A stretch of DNA of 64,000 nt from Bacteroidales bacterium (GTDB taxonomy: Bacteria; Bacteroidota; Bacteroidia; Bacteroidales; UBA1715), in the NCBI GenBank assembly GCA_045615765.1, contig JAZLFM010000047.1:6370-70369 (forward strand). Direction: 5' to 3'. Positions 1 to 8,650 of this stretch are shown one piece after another; position 1 is the stretch's first letter, and the number at the start of each line of letters is the position of its first letter. The notes beneath the pieces were generated by a model. That model was not told the DNA's origin and searched no databases. It worked only from the letters and a program-made list of their open reading frames with translations. The position numbers were made by a program, and so were the translations under genes.

Positions 1-1
1 A

Positions 2-691
2 GCCCGCATACTTCGTGGCGAAATTCCTATGTCCCGTCTTGACGATGCTGTTGAACGCGTATGGGCATTGCGCGAGCGCTATAACCTTATCAACAAAGAA
101 AACAGAACGCCTGTGGCACAAGCAAAACCAGAAGGCTTTGAAGCATACACGAACGAGCAACTTACAAAACTTGCAGAAAAAGCAGTGACAATGGTTCAAA
201 ACAAAGGCGGTCAACTTCCTTTGGATACGAATACGACAAAGAAAATTTTGTTGGCAAACATCAGCCACAACGACTACACTGCTACTTTCGAGCCAATGAA
301 GAAAGAACTTGAAAGCAGAGGTTTCCAAGTTGATGTGAAACATAATCTTCACAAAGACGAATGGGAATGGCAATGGCACAGAATGCTTGAATACGACAAA
401 GTTATCGTATGTTTCGAAAACCATTATTTCTCTCCTATCGGTTCACCACTTTTGAAAGACTATGAAGCATACTGTTTATGGACTATGGTGAAATTGCCAA
501 AAGAAAAAGTTATTGGTGTTTCTTTCAGCAACCCATATTACAACAAATATTATTTGAATAAAAATTCTGTATTAATCAACGCCTACAGCAGCGACGAATG
601 GATGCAGAAAGCCGTTGTAAAAGTTCTTATGGGAGAATTACAACCAACAGCTACATCTCCTGTAAATTTGGATAATGCGATAATGAAATAA
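2..691 (+). CDS. glycoside hydrolase family 3-like protein, C-terminal part (5' end lies outside the window)
   Basis: The frame is open from base 2, upstream of the listed Met at 29. The C-terminal region (VIGVSFSNPYY...AYSSDEWMQKAVVKVLMGE) resembles the GH3 C-terminal domain. A hairpin terminator follows. Confidence 0.5.
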   Translation, partial: ARILRGEIPMSRLDDAVERVWALRERYNLINKENRTPVAQAKPEGFEAYTNEQLTKLAEKAVTMVQNKGGQLPLDTNTTKKILLANISHNDYTATFEPMKKELESRGFQVDVKHNLHKDEWEWQWHRMLEYDKVIVCFENHYFSPIGSPLLKDYEAYCLWTMVKLPKEKVIGVSFSNPYYNKYYLNKNSVLINAYSSDEWMQKAVVKVLMGELQPTATSPVNLDNAIMK

Positions 692-712
692 AGGATTTTT
701 GTAACGAAATAG

Positions 713-750
713 AAACGCAGAATTCTCCACAGGGTTCTGCGTTTTTTGTT
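713..750 (+). terminator. rho-independent terminator (aacgcagaa...ttctgcgtt + T-run), also the 5' part of the REP family-1 repeat unit
   Basis: A 9-bp stem followed by TTTTTT sits directly after the stop at 691. A near-identical copy occurs at 8411-8447. Confidence 0.7.
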
Positions 751-761
751 TGTAAATATAA

Positions 762-985
762 GCTGCGTACCTACGGCACGCTATCATAACATAATTGTCA
801 TGTTCTACCAAGACGTCGCTCCTACGGAGCACATAGTTTTTTATGTATTTAAAAGCTCTGTTAGCACATTCATGATTATTGAAGAATTCCGCGAGGCTGC
901 GTTTTTTGTAAATATGCTCCGTTAGGAGCTAAGGATTGGTAGAATGCGTAACATTGTTGTTTTTTGCGTGCCGTAGGTACGCTGC
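762..985. repeat. REP family-1 composite palindromic element (forward half + conserved middle + reverse half)
   Basis: gctgcgtacctacggcacgc...gctcctacggagc at 762-836 is mirrored by gctccgttaggagc...gcgtgccgtaggtacgctgc at 912-985. Related copies lie at 8457-8610, 9113-9267 and 10522-10595. Confidence 0.85.
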
Positions 986-1415
986 TATATTTATTTTCGT
1001 TCAACGATTCTGTTTTACAAATATAGCCCGTAGGGCTTTAATATCAGTAGCAATAGCACTATCAGCTGTCAAAAACGGCATAATGGTAAAATAAGCCACG
1101 TACGGGATAGATTCGGATTTGTTTGTAGCAAAATATCAACTATCTTTGCCAAAGACAAATGATTTGAAACATTTGATAATGAGCAAATTTGAAAACACTG
1201 AAAAATAAAATTAAATACCTACAAACATCAATAGAGCAAAACAATAATTAACATATTACAATATACTCGTTCAGAGTCTGTCATTTAAAATTTCCGAAAA
1301 ATTTAACTACACAGATAATGACTGGGGCGCCCACAACGTGGGCTTCTTGTGTCTGTGTAGTAAGGTCCTCGGAAAACCCTAAATGGCGGACAATTTATAG
1401 AAGTCCACGTTTTTT

Positions 1416-1661
1416 ATGCCACAACCCGAGCCAATACATATAGGTCGTTTAATACAGGAAACCCTTGAAAAACAAGGGAGAAGCGTTACATGGTTGGCCA
1501 AACAACTAAACTACACACGAGAAAATATGTACAACATTTTCAAAAAATCGTGGATAGACACCGAAACACTCATGAAAATTTCCCTCGCATTAGACTACAA
1601 TTTTTTCCTCCTATACATTGATTTTTACAAAAAGTGTAAAGAAAATTTTACGGAAGTGTGA
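1416..1661 (+). CDS. small XRE-family helix-turn-helix protein
   Basis: 81 aa. IGRLIQETLEKQGRSVTWLAKQLNYTRENMYNIF has the form of an HTH_XRE motif. Confidence 0.6.
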   Translation: MPQPEPIHIGRLIQETLEKQGRSVTWLAKQLNYTRENMYNIFKKSWIDTETLMKISLALDYNFFLLYIDFYKKCKENFTEV

Positions 1662-1747
1662 AACAAACGGTCATACATCTTCAAGTAGATAAAAAACCTT
1701 ATTTATTTTCTTGCATAATTAATTGACGTTTTATTAAATACAATTTT

Positions 1748-2860
1748 ATGAAGAAATTTTTACTATTTGGGGTAGCCTTATTGGCTATGGTATCGTGTGA
1801 AAAATACGATGATTCAGACGTTTGGAATGCAATCAATGATTTGAAAGCAAAACAAGAAAATGCAAGTAAAGAGGGTGTAACACCAGTTGTAAAAACCGTA
1901 AACGAAGAAATGTTCATTTCGTATGATAATGGTACAACATGGACGAAAATGTCGAATGGAATGTATTCGGAAATATCGTATGACGAACGATATGTGGTTT
2001 TCACATTAACAGATGGAACAGAATTAAAAGTTTTGAATGCTAATTATGTAGTTCCAATTGAAAAAGGAGCCATAAAAGCAGCATTCTCGGTTGGTGAAGG
2101 AAAACAAGTTTACTTCTCTCAAGGAAACTTGCAATATCAAGCAAGCACTGGAATATGGCGATTTGCAACAAATCAATGGGAAGCTATTGGAGAAGGTAAT
2201 GCTAATATAGCTCCTGATTATGATGGGTGGATTGACTTATTTGGTTGGGGAACAAGTGGTTGGAATAGCGGTGCTGTATGCTACCAACCTCATTCAACTA
2301 GCAATACAAATTCAGATTATTTTGTTGGAGGTTCTGAAACTACAAACCTAACGGGGGCTTATGCCAATGCTGATTGGGGAGTATATAATAAGATTGCTAA
2401 TGGTGGAAATCAAACTGGTATGTGGCGTGTATTGACAAACGAAGAATGTATCTATTTGTGTAACAATCGTGTAGGTGCAAAGGAAAAACGTGGTTGCGCA
2501 TGTGTAAATGGAATAAATGGATTAGTATTATTACCTGACAATTGGATTTTGCCAGAAGGACAAGCTTTTAATTCAGGATTTGCCAATGGTGAAGATGGTG
2601 GTTTATTTCAAACTATAAACAACTATAGTCTTTCTCAATGGGCAGAAATGGAAAAAAATGGTGCAATATTTTTACCTGCTGCAGGAACATTTGAGAAGAA
2701 GTTAAATTGTGATGGAAAGTATGGCAAGTATTGGTCTTCAACAAGAAATGACGAAAACTCTATTTATAAAATAGGTTTTAGTGCCGCTAATGTAAATCCT
2801 AAAAATGTTCAGATTTTTGTGGAGTCGTGTTCCGTTCGTTTAGTACAAGATGTAAAATAA
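1748..2860 (+). CDS. surface lipoprotein with FISUMP/DUF1566-like lectin-fold C-terminal domain
   Basis: Signal peptide plus lipobox (LLAMVSC). The C-terminus has GNLQY...DLFGWGTSGW...IFLPAAG...YWSST...SVRLVQD, typical of the Fibrobacter-paralogous/DUF1566 fold. Confidence 0.5.
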   Translation: MKKFLLFGVALLAMVSCEKYDDSDVWNAINDLKAKQENASKEGVTPVVKTVNEEMFISYDNGTTWTKMSNGMYSEISYDERYVVFTLTDGTELKVLNANYVVPIEKGAIKAAFSVGEGKQVYFSQGNLQYQASTGIWRFATNQWEAIGEGNANIAPDYDGWIDLFGWGTSGWNSGAVCYQPHSTSNTNSDYFVGGSETTNLTGAYANADWGVYNKIANGGNQTGMWRVLTNEECIYLCNNRVGAKEKRGCACVNGINGLVLLPDNWILPEGQAFNSGFANGEDGGLFQTINNYSLSQWAEMEKNGAIFLPAAGTFEKKLNCDGKYGKYWSSTRNDENSIYKIGFSAANVNPKNVQIFVESCSVRLVQDVK

Positions 2861-2873
2861 ATGATGCATTACT

Positions 2874-3080
2874 ATGGGATTGAGTTCGAATGTTTTATGG
2901 CATCAAACTAACAAAGATGCTTTATTAAAAATTCTAAAAGAGAAATGTATTCGTTTTTCTTTTAGTCGAGAATATTTTCCAACCTCGGGATTATCATATG
3001 CTTTTCCTATGATTAGTTTATCAGATTTACCTTTTTCTGAATTAGATTATAACCACGAAATTAAAAAGTACACGTTTTGA
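2874..3080 (+). pseudogene. AbiGi-like abortive-infection protein, N-terminal fragment (disrupted by insertion)
   Basis: SSNVLWHQTNKDALLKILKEK...FPMISLSDLPFSEL matches the conserved AbiGi N-terminus. The ORF stops after 68 aa, at the point where the conserved KYGxYGIGF core should follow. Confidence 0.6.
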
Positions 3081-3499
3081 ACTTACTTTTGCACTTTTTT
3101 AAAACTGCATTAAAAAGCAGTTAAATATTTAATTTACAATAAATTACAATGTTTTTCTATGTTTTTTTAGTTCCATTTTTTTAAAAAATGGAACTTATTT
3201 TTGTTTAAGTTATTGAAACTCAATAAAATAATATATATATTTAATGGAACTTTTTCCTTGTTTTGCACGTTTTTCCCTGTTAATAAAATCAAAAAGTACA
3301 GGTTTTAAAAATCTTGTTTAAATTCTTGTAACTTATTGATTTATATGTTTAAACAAATTTCAAACCTTGTATTTTATTGAAATTCAATCATTTACGCATT
3401 ATAAAAAATAGGCAAAAACACACATTATTTTATAAGTTGTTGATTTTAATGTTTAAACACTTGCTATTTAAAGTTTTTGTTTAACAATAACAAACAAGC

Positions 3500-3534
3500 A
3501 CAAAAAAACCAGCCTTGGGGGGGTGGGGCTGGTT
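3500..3534 (-). terminator. rho-independent terminator downstream of the capsid gene
   Basis: Stem aaccagcc/ggctggtt with a G-rich loop. On the minus strand it is followed by a T-run. Confidence 0.65.
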
Positions 3535-3563
3535 AAAACATTGTGTGCCGTCAATGTTTTATT

Positions 3564-4457
3564 TTATTCTTCTTGTGTTGCGTCCGCTTTTGAAACCAAA
3601 GCCCCAACGCCTTTCCCCCTTATTGGTGCGGCTATAAAACGTTTGTCAAATCCTACTATGGTTCCTCTATAATGTGGGTCGTTTTGGCTTTCGTACATAT
3701 TGATTTCTCCGTCTGCCTTAAACACTTCGCCAGCCTGAAACGCAATACTTGCAAAAACATCACTATCTTCAGCATCAGCACCAAATGAAACCTTTGTCAA
3801 AACGTTTTCTACCATTCTATAAGTAGGCAAAAAATTAAATGTAAATATGCCGAAACCCGCGAATTTAAAAGGCTCTCCGTTCTTCAAATCCGTGATTTCC
3901 TTAAATAGTTTTGTGTCTTGGCGTAGCAAGTCCGAAACGTGTTTAGGGTGCAATACAATAAACCTGTTGTTTGGGTCTATAACTGCATCGTCAAAACGTT
4001 CTTTTAACGTCAAAATGTCGTCAATAGAAAGCGTTTTGCGTCCGTTTCTTGTTTCTCCTGTTACCTCCAAAACGGGCGTGTCGTTCGTGTCTTTAAGCGG
4101 TGCGAATGCGTGTATTGCTTTTTTTGCCGTTGCAAGTCGCAAAACGTTACGATAATGGCGTACTATACTTTCTACTTTGTCGTACGAGTATTCAACCGCA
4201 TCGGGAGCAATTACAAGCCCGTTTTCAGTTTCAAATTTATCAAGCGTAAATTCGTTGTCTTGGTCGGTTCTTTGCACTATGTCAATTGGGTAAGTAGTGT
4301 TATTTATCAACACTTTCGGGTCAATGCCTGTGCTTGGTAGGTGCAATTTATGCCCGTCCGTAAATGCCGAATAATCAACCACTTTTTTCAAAAAATTGTC
4401 TTCCGGGTAGAAATTTTCTTTAATTTGACCAACCCAAATTTCTTTGTTTAATGCCAT
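3564..4457 (-). CDS. phage major capsid protein (putative HK97-fold)
   Basis: 297 aa. The N-terminus MALNKEIWVGQIKENFYPEDNFL...PSTGIDPKVLINNTTYPI is typical of a Bacteroidales phage capsid family. It sits just downstream of a prohead protease in the same operon. Confidence 0.65.
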   Translation of the reverse strand: MALNKEIWVGQIKENFYPEDNFLKKVVDYSAFTDGHKLHLPSTGIDPKVLINNTTYPIDIVQRTDQDNEFTLDKFETENGLVIAPDAVEYSYDKVESIVRHYRNVLRLATAKKAIHAFAPLKDTNDTPVLEVTGETRNGRKTLSIDDILTLKERFDDAVIDPNNRFIVLHPKHVSDLLRQDTKLFKEITDLKNGEPFKFAGFGIFTFNFLPTYRMVENVLTKVSFGADAEDSDVFASIAFQAGEVFKADGEINMYESQNDPHYRGTIVGFDKRFIAAPIRGKGVGALVSKADATQEE

Positions 4458-4488
4458 TTTGTTTTTTGTTTAGTTAATAATATGTTAT

Positions 4489-4710
4489 TTATTTGTTTAT
4501 CATTACTTTATTACTGCCAATACCTATAAATCCGTCTATTTTTTGGGCTACTCGCAAGTATCGCCAAAACGTAGCAATAGAAATAAATTCCTGTTTTTCT
4601 ATATTTCGTTTAAAAATTGCGGTGCGTGAAAACTTTTGATTTGTTGGTTCAAAATGAACGTCAACTATATGTTTTATTTTCAAAGCCTTATTTATGGTGT
4701 TTGCGTGCAT
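4489..4710 (-). CDS. hypothetical protein between protease and capsid genes
   Basis: 73-aa ORF, tightly packed in the head-gene operon. No recognisable motif. Confidence 0.35.
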   Translation of the reverse strand: MHANTINKALKIKHIVDVHFEPTNQKFSRTAIFKRNIEKQEFISIATFWRYLRVAQKIDGFIGIGSNKVMINK

Positions 4711-4718
4711 ATTTATTT

Positions 4719-5687
4719 TTATTTGCGTTTTTCCTGTTCTAATAAATCGTTGAATAATTGAGGGTTATTTTTAAGCGTTTCGGGTTCGTGCTTGCGATAC
4801 CAATTTAAACCGCCCTTTATTTCTTTGTTTGCCTCTTTAATTAGTTTTGCCAAACTAACTCTATTTGGTAGCATTTCAATCACTTTTTCAAGCGTTGCAA
4901 GCCCCATACGTTCGCCAATAGAAACAAGAATTGGTTTTTGTTCTCCTCCAAATGTTTTTGTTGATAAAAAGGCGTTATTTACGGCAACGACAACACGGCT
5001 TTTATTTTGCTCCGCCCTATCTTTTAAAAGGCTTTCAAATGCTTTTTTATCGGCGTTTGCAAGGCTTAAAAATGCCTGTCTTTCGCTATGCAAAATAAAT
5101 CCTTTTTTACAGGCGTTATTTATTTTTATTTCGCTATCGTCAAGGCGTTTTTTTAACTCTGTCAAAATTTCGCTTTCGTCCGTGTTTTCGTCAAGCCCCA
5201 ACAACTCGCAAACGCTTTTTTCAAAGTTGTTTTTTTCGTCTTCCTCCTTCTGCATTTGCAATTTTAACAAGCCTTTAAAGTCCGTAACGGGTTTTTCTTT
5301 GTACGACAATTTCAATGCGTTTTCGTTGCTCGGTATGTCGCAAATTGAAACCTCCAAAAGGTTAGATTTTGTTATAGTATTGCCCTTTAATTCCACTATA
5401 TCAATAGATATGGAACAACCACGCAAAAAACCGCTTTCGACCTTTTCTTTTACTGCTTTTGCCCGTTCGTCCTTTTCATAAAAAACAGCGTCCGCAAATA
5501 GTGCGTTTTTTTCGGTGCGTATGTTTTCCCAACGACCTATATTTCCCCCCTCCGTGCTATGTGAATAAAGCATAACGGGGTTTTTAATAAATCGGTCTAA
5601 ATTTATGCCGTCAGTTTTTACAATTAAGCCGTAAGAATTTATACTTTCGTCCGACAATCTAAATGTGTTTTTGTTGTTGTGTTCCAT
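4719..5687 (-). CDS. HK97-family prohead serine protease (Peptidase S78-like) fused to a coiled-coil scaffold-like C-terminal region
   Basis: The N-terminal 130 aa (NPVMLYSHS...GRWENI...GFLRGCSISI) fit the S78 His/Ser context. The C-terminal 190 aa are K/E-rich and predicted helical, like delta/scaffold domains. Confidence 0.7.
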   Translation of the reverse strand: MEHNNKNTFRLSDESINSYGLIVKTDGINLDRFIKNPVMLYSHSTEGGNIGRWENIRTEKNALFADAVFYEKDERAKAVKEKVESGFLRGCSISIDIVELKGNTITKSNLLEVSICDIPSNENALKLSYKEKPVTDFKGLLKLQMQKEEDEKNNFEKSVCELLGLDENTDESEILTELKKRLDDSEIKINNACKKGFILHSERQAFLSLANADKKAFESLLKDRAEQNKSRVVVAVNNAFLSTKTFGGEQKPILVSIGERMGLATLEKVIEMLPNRVSLAKLIKEANKEIKGGLNWYRKHEPETLKNNPQLFNDLLEQEKRK

Positions 5688-6222
5688 TGTTTTACGTTTT
5701 TTTGCAATTATAAAACACTATCATTTTGACAAAAAAAAACACTGTCAATTTGATAGTATTTTTTTTTTTACTGTTGCCTGCTTGATTTTTATTTGTTTTC
5801 GGTTAATACTACATAAGTGGGTACACGTTGTTTTTCTTTTCTCTTTCATTTTCAACGTGTACTCTTTTTTGAAACAACGAAAATAAACGCCAAAATTTGA
5901 CACGCAAGGCAAAAACAACGACAAGACGAACAAATACTCACCAAAACAATAAAAACGTCCTAAAACGCAAGAAAACAGCAAAACACAAATTTTGAATTTT
6001 TGTACTTTTTTTATTTTGGTGCTTGTTTTTATAAAAAAATGTGTATTTTTGCATATCCTAAAATTTCATAGTTTGCATTATGCAATTATTTAACTTATTA
6101 AAAATCAATCTTTTACAAATAACGCAAAAATTTGCGTGCTTGTGGGTAGCGGTAACGCCCCAGCGTTTTACTATGAGACGTAGGACAAACACGCATTTTT
6201 TTCAACCTAAATTCATAGTATT

Positions 6223-6402
6223 ATGTGTAACACACAAACAAAAGGCGTAGAGTTGCAAGGCAACAAAAACGCAGTCGCAAACGTTAAAAACGTTGAAATC
6301 AAGCCCGAAATTTTAAAGTTACAGGAATTTATTATTGACTGGTACGGGGAGAACACAAAACAAGCATCAAACCATTTGAGGAGTATTTTTTTGAGTTCGT
6401 AA
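6223..6402 (+). CDS. hypothetical small protein (59 aa), possibly the upstream part of a frameshifted gene
   Basis: ATG ORF just below the track cutoff. It overlaps the open upstream part of the 6432 frame across a T7 run at 6386-6392. Confidence 0.35.
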   Translation: MCNTQTKGVELQGNKNAVANVKNVEIKPEILKLQEFIIDWYGENTKQASNHLRSIFLSS

Positions 6403-6431
6403 ATCAATCACTAAAAAATGACGCTTGTTTA

Positions 6432-6677
6432 TTGGCAACTTACGAAAATGAGTTGTTTTTGTTGCAAAATCTTATTGAAATTTTAGACGTTGAAACACAA
6501 ACATTTGTTTTCAACGAAAACGAACAACAAAGAACGATAAACAAACAAGAAAAAGAAATAACCGAGTTAAAAAAAACAATCCACTACAAAGAAGAGTTGA
6601 TACAGGCACAGGAACAAGAAATAAAAACACACAAACAATTAATTGAACTAAAAAGCAGTCTAAAAATAACTAAATAA
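6432..6677 (+). CDS. hypothetical coiled-coil protein
   Basis: 81 aa, Q/E/K-rich heptad-like sequence. The listed start is TTG, and the frame is already open from 6339. Confidence 0.4.
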   Translation: MATYENELFLLQNLIEILDVETQTFVFNENEQQRTINKQEKEITELKKTIHYKEELIQAQEQEIKTHKQLIELKSSLKITK

Positions 6678-6732
6678 CAAACCAAGCCCCAAACCGATAA
6701 AAAGCGGTTTGGGGCTATAAAATTTTATAGAT

Positions 6733-7419
6733 ATGGAAATAAACACGCTAAAATCAAAATTAAGATTTTTAAATGAACGCTGGACGGACGAACAAAAGAA
6801 ACTATTTAAAACGATAAGAGACGAAGAATATAAACACGTTTTAATAAATGCCTGTTACGAATACGCCAAAACCAACAAAACAAAAATTTCAATTGCGAAA
6901 AAATACAACGTAAACAAGAGATATTTTAAAACGCTAACAATGACAAAAAGACAAAGAGATAAAGCGATAAAGCAAACAAAATACGACCTATACACGTTTA
7001 TTGATACGCATTTAACAACAAGAATAAAAGGAGGTAAAACAACAAGAAACGCAATAGTTAAATTCGGTTTTAAAATGACCGAAACAAACTACAAACAAAT
7101 GATTTTTCGGTACGATTTTATAAACAAAGCAAGCGTGTTATTATATATGGCTGGTATATCTATTGAAAGTATTGAGGCTGGTTTGCACTCACGAAGAAAA
7201 AGTTTTAAAACAATCAACCAATTACTAAAAAACGAAATTTCTATTGAGGAATTTTTGGAATTTGCAAAAACAACCTTTGAAAATTTTAATTCTAATTACG
7301 GCGAGTATTTGACAACTGAAATAATAATTTGTGAAATGAAAAATTTTATATCACGAAAGAAAAAGAGTTTGTTTTATAATCCAACGATTGAAAATTTGAG
7401 TTTGTTTGACGATTTATAA
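6733..7419 (+). CDS. hypothetical protein with a possible HTH (KISIAKKYNVNKRYF)
   Basis: 228-aa ORF with good coding texture. No catalytic motif recognised. A role as DNA-binding, small-terminase-like or replication protein is only speculative. Confidence 0.45.
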   Translation: MEINTLKSKLRFLNERWTDEQKKLFKTIRDEEYKHVLINACYEYAKTNKTKISIAKKYNVNKRYFKTLTMTKRQRDKAIKQTKYDLYTFIDTHLTTRIKGGKTTRNAIVKFGFKMTETNYKQMIFRYDFINKASVLLYMAGISIESIEAGLHSRRKSFKTINQLLKNEISIEEFLEFAKTTFENFNSNYGEYLTTEIIICEMKNFISRKKKSLFYNPTIENLSLFDDL

Positions 7420-7581
7420 TTGTTAATAACTTTTTTTGTTTGTTTTTGTAACCTAAAATGAACACCCAAAGTAAAAAGTACAATTTTCAAAAAAACAACC
7501 CTTGATTTTCAATAACTTGCAAAAAAAAGTAATACCCAACACCGAGTAACCTATTAAAAAAAAGGTGTAACCTAAAATAAA

Positions 7582-7625
7582 AGAACGCCCAAGCGGAATT
7601 TTTAGCCGTTTGGGCGTTCTTTTTA
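7582..7625 (+). terminator. rho-independent terminator after the plus-strand genes of the mini-element
   Basis: 11-bp stem agaacgcccaa/ttgggcgttct followed by TTTT. Confidence 0.6.
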
Positions 7626-7679
7626 GTATTTATGGGCGTTTGAACGCTGTTTTAATAAATATAGCGTTAAAATCAGCAA

Positions 7680-7790
7680 AAAGAACTTAAATAGAACTTA
7701 AATAGAATATAAATGGAACTGAAATAGAACATTTTACAGCGTTTCAGTAGTGAAAAATAGAACATAAATAGAACTAAAATGGAACTTTCA
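7680..7790. promoter_or_regulatory. cluster of 8 AAAT(A/G)GAAC-type iterons with about 11-nt phasing
   Basis: GAAC cores lie near 7683, 7694, 7704, 7716 and 7727, then 7760, 7771 and 7782. The same motif forms a perfect palindrome at 3169-3196 and recurs at 3243-3251. Confidence 0.6.
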
Positions 7791-7838
7791 AAAACGTATG
7801 TCTCTCAGTAATAGTACTTTTCATTTTAGTGCCTATAA

Positions 7839-8390
7839 GATACATTTTTAGGCAAATATGGAGATTATATGATCGGTTTCTCACGAGAATGGGGTCATAA
7901 GAACCATTTCAATCCTGTGTTGTATTGCGAGCAATTTTCTTATGTAGATCAATGGGTTACGAACAATTTAAGTTCACAAACAAAGTGTTTTGACGTGATT
8001 TCTTACATAAAACCAGTTGAAGGTCCATTACCCAAACGAAACATGAAGGTTTATCGTTTTTATGACGAACGTGAAGTTAGATTAGTACTTCCACCAGAAA
8101 AGTTTACAGTATTATCAGATTCAGAATACGAACAATACAAAAAACAAAATAACGGTAATTCATGTACAAAGATGGCAATACCTTTTGATTTAAACGATAT
8201 CAAATATATCATTGTCTTAAATGAGAATAACATTGCCGAGGTAAAGAAAGTATTAAACAACTCAAACCCATCTAATTCACTTCCAATAATATTAACAAAA
8301 AAACAAATAGAAGATGATATTATTGGGAAAAATCACAATGTTAAGATATCAGATATTATGAATGATGATAACATTATGATTGTAGAATAA
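7839..8390 (+). pseudogene. AbiGi-like abortive-infection protein, C-terminal fragment
   Basis: The frame is open from 7839 (DTFLGKYGDYMIGFSREWGHKNHFNPVLY...). This is the conserved AbiGi core missing from the fragment at 2874-3080. Confidence 0.6.
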
Positions 8391-8410
8391 TAACAAGTAT
8401 ATGTTCTTTA

Positions 8411-8610
8411 ACGCAGAATTCCTCACGGGGTTCTGCGTTTTTTGTTTGTAAATATGAGCAGCGTACCTACGGCACGCAGTATTTTCGTGAGATTGTTGTT
8501 TTACCAAGGCATTGCTCCTACAGAGCTGATTGTAATAGCTCCGTTAGGAGCTAAGTATCGGTAGAAAACGTAATATTATTGCATTTTTTGCGTGCCGTAG
8601 GTACGCTGCA
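8411..8610. repeat. REP family-1 composite (terminator-like hairpin + forward half + reverse half) immediately upstream of the RAYT gene
   Basis: 8411-8456 is nearly identical to 713-760. The halves at 8457-8527 and 8537-8610 match those at 762-836 and 912-985. Confidence 0.85.
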
Positions 8611-8650
8611 ATATTTATTTTCATACATTTGTATAGCAACATCAATTATT

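Larger units (their letters stand above)
3063..7850. mobile_element. about 4.8-kb integrated phage-like mini-element (capsid + prohead protease; no integrase, portal or terminase), inserted in the AbiGi-like gene
   Basis: It separates the two halves of one AbiGi-like reading frame. It carries phage head genes, very AT-rich ends, and AAAT(A/G)GAAC motif clusters at both ends. Exact junctions cannot be resolved beyond about 3057-3080 and 7835-7860. Confidence 0.6.

Noticed and set aside
4792-5481. 229-aa plus-strand ORF
   Set aside because: It lies entirely antisense to the prohead protease gene. Its S/F/L-rich low-complexity translation is a mirror-frame artefact of the K/E-rich scaffold region.
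5665-5981. ORFs of 73 and 78 aa in the divergent control region of the mini-element
   Set aside because: This is extremely AT-rich homopolymer-laden DNA with F/L/K-rich translations. It is more likely promoter or operator space, and it contains the palindrome TTGCAT-T-ATGCAA at 6073-6085.
8579-8650. N-terminal extension of the RAYT ORF
   Set aside because: The extension is encoded by the reverse REP half. Y1 transposases start near MANTFTQIHIH.
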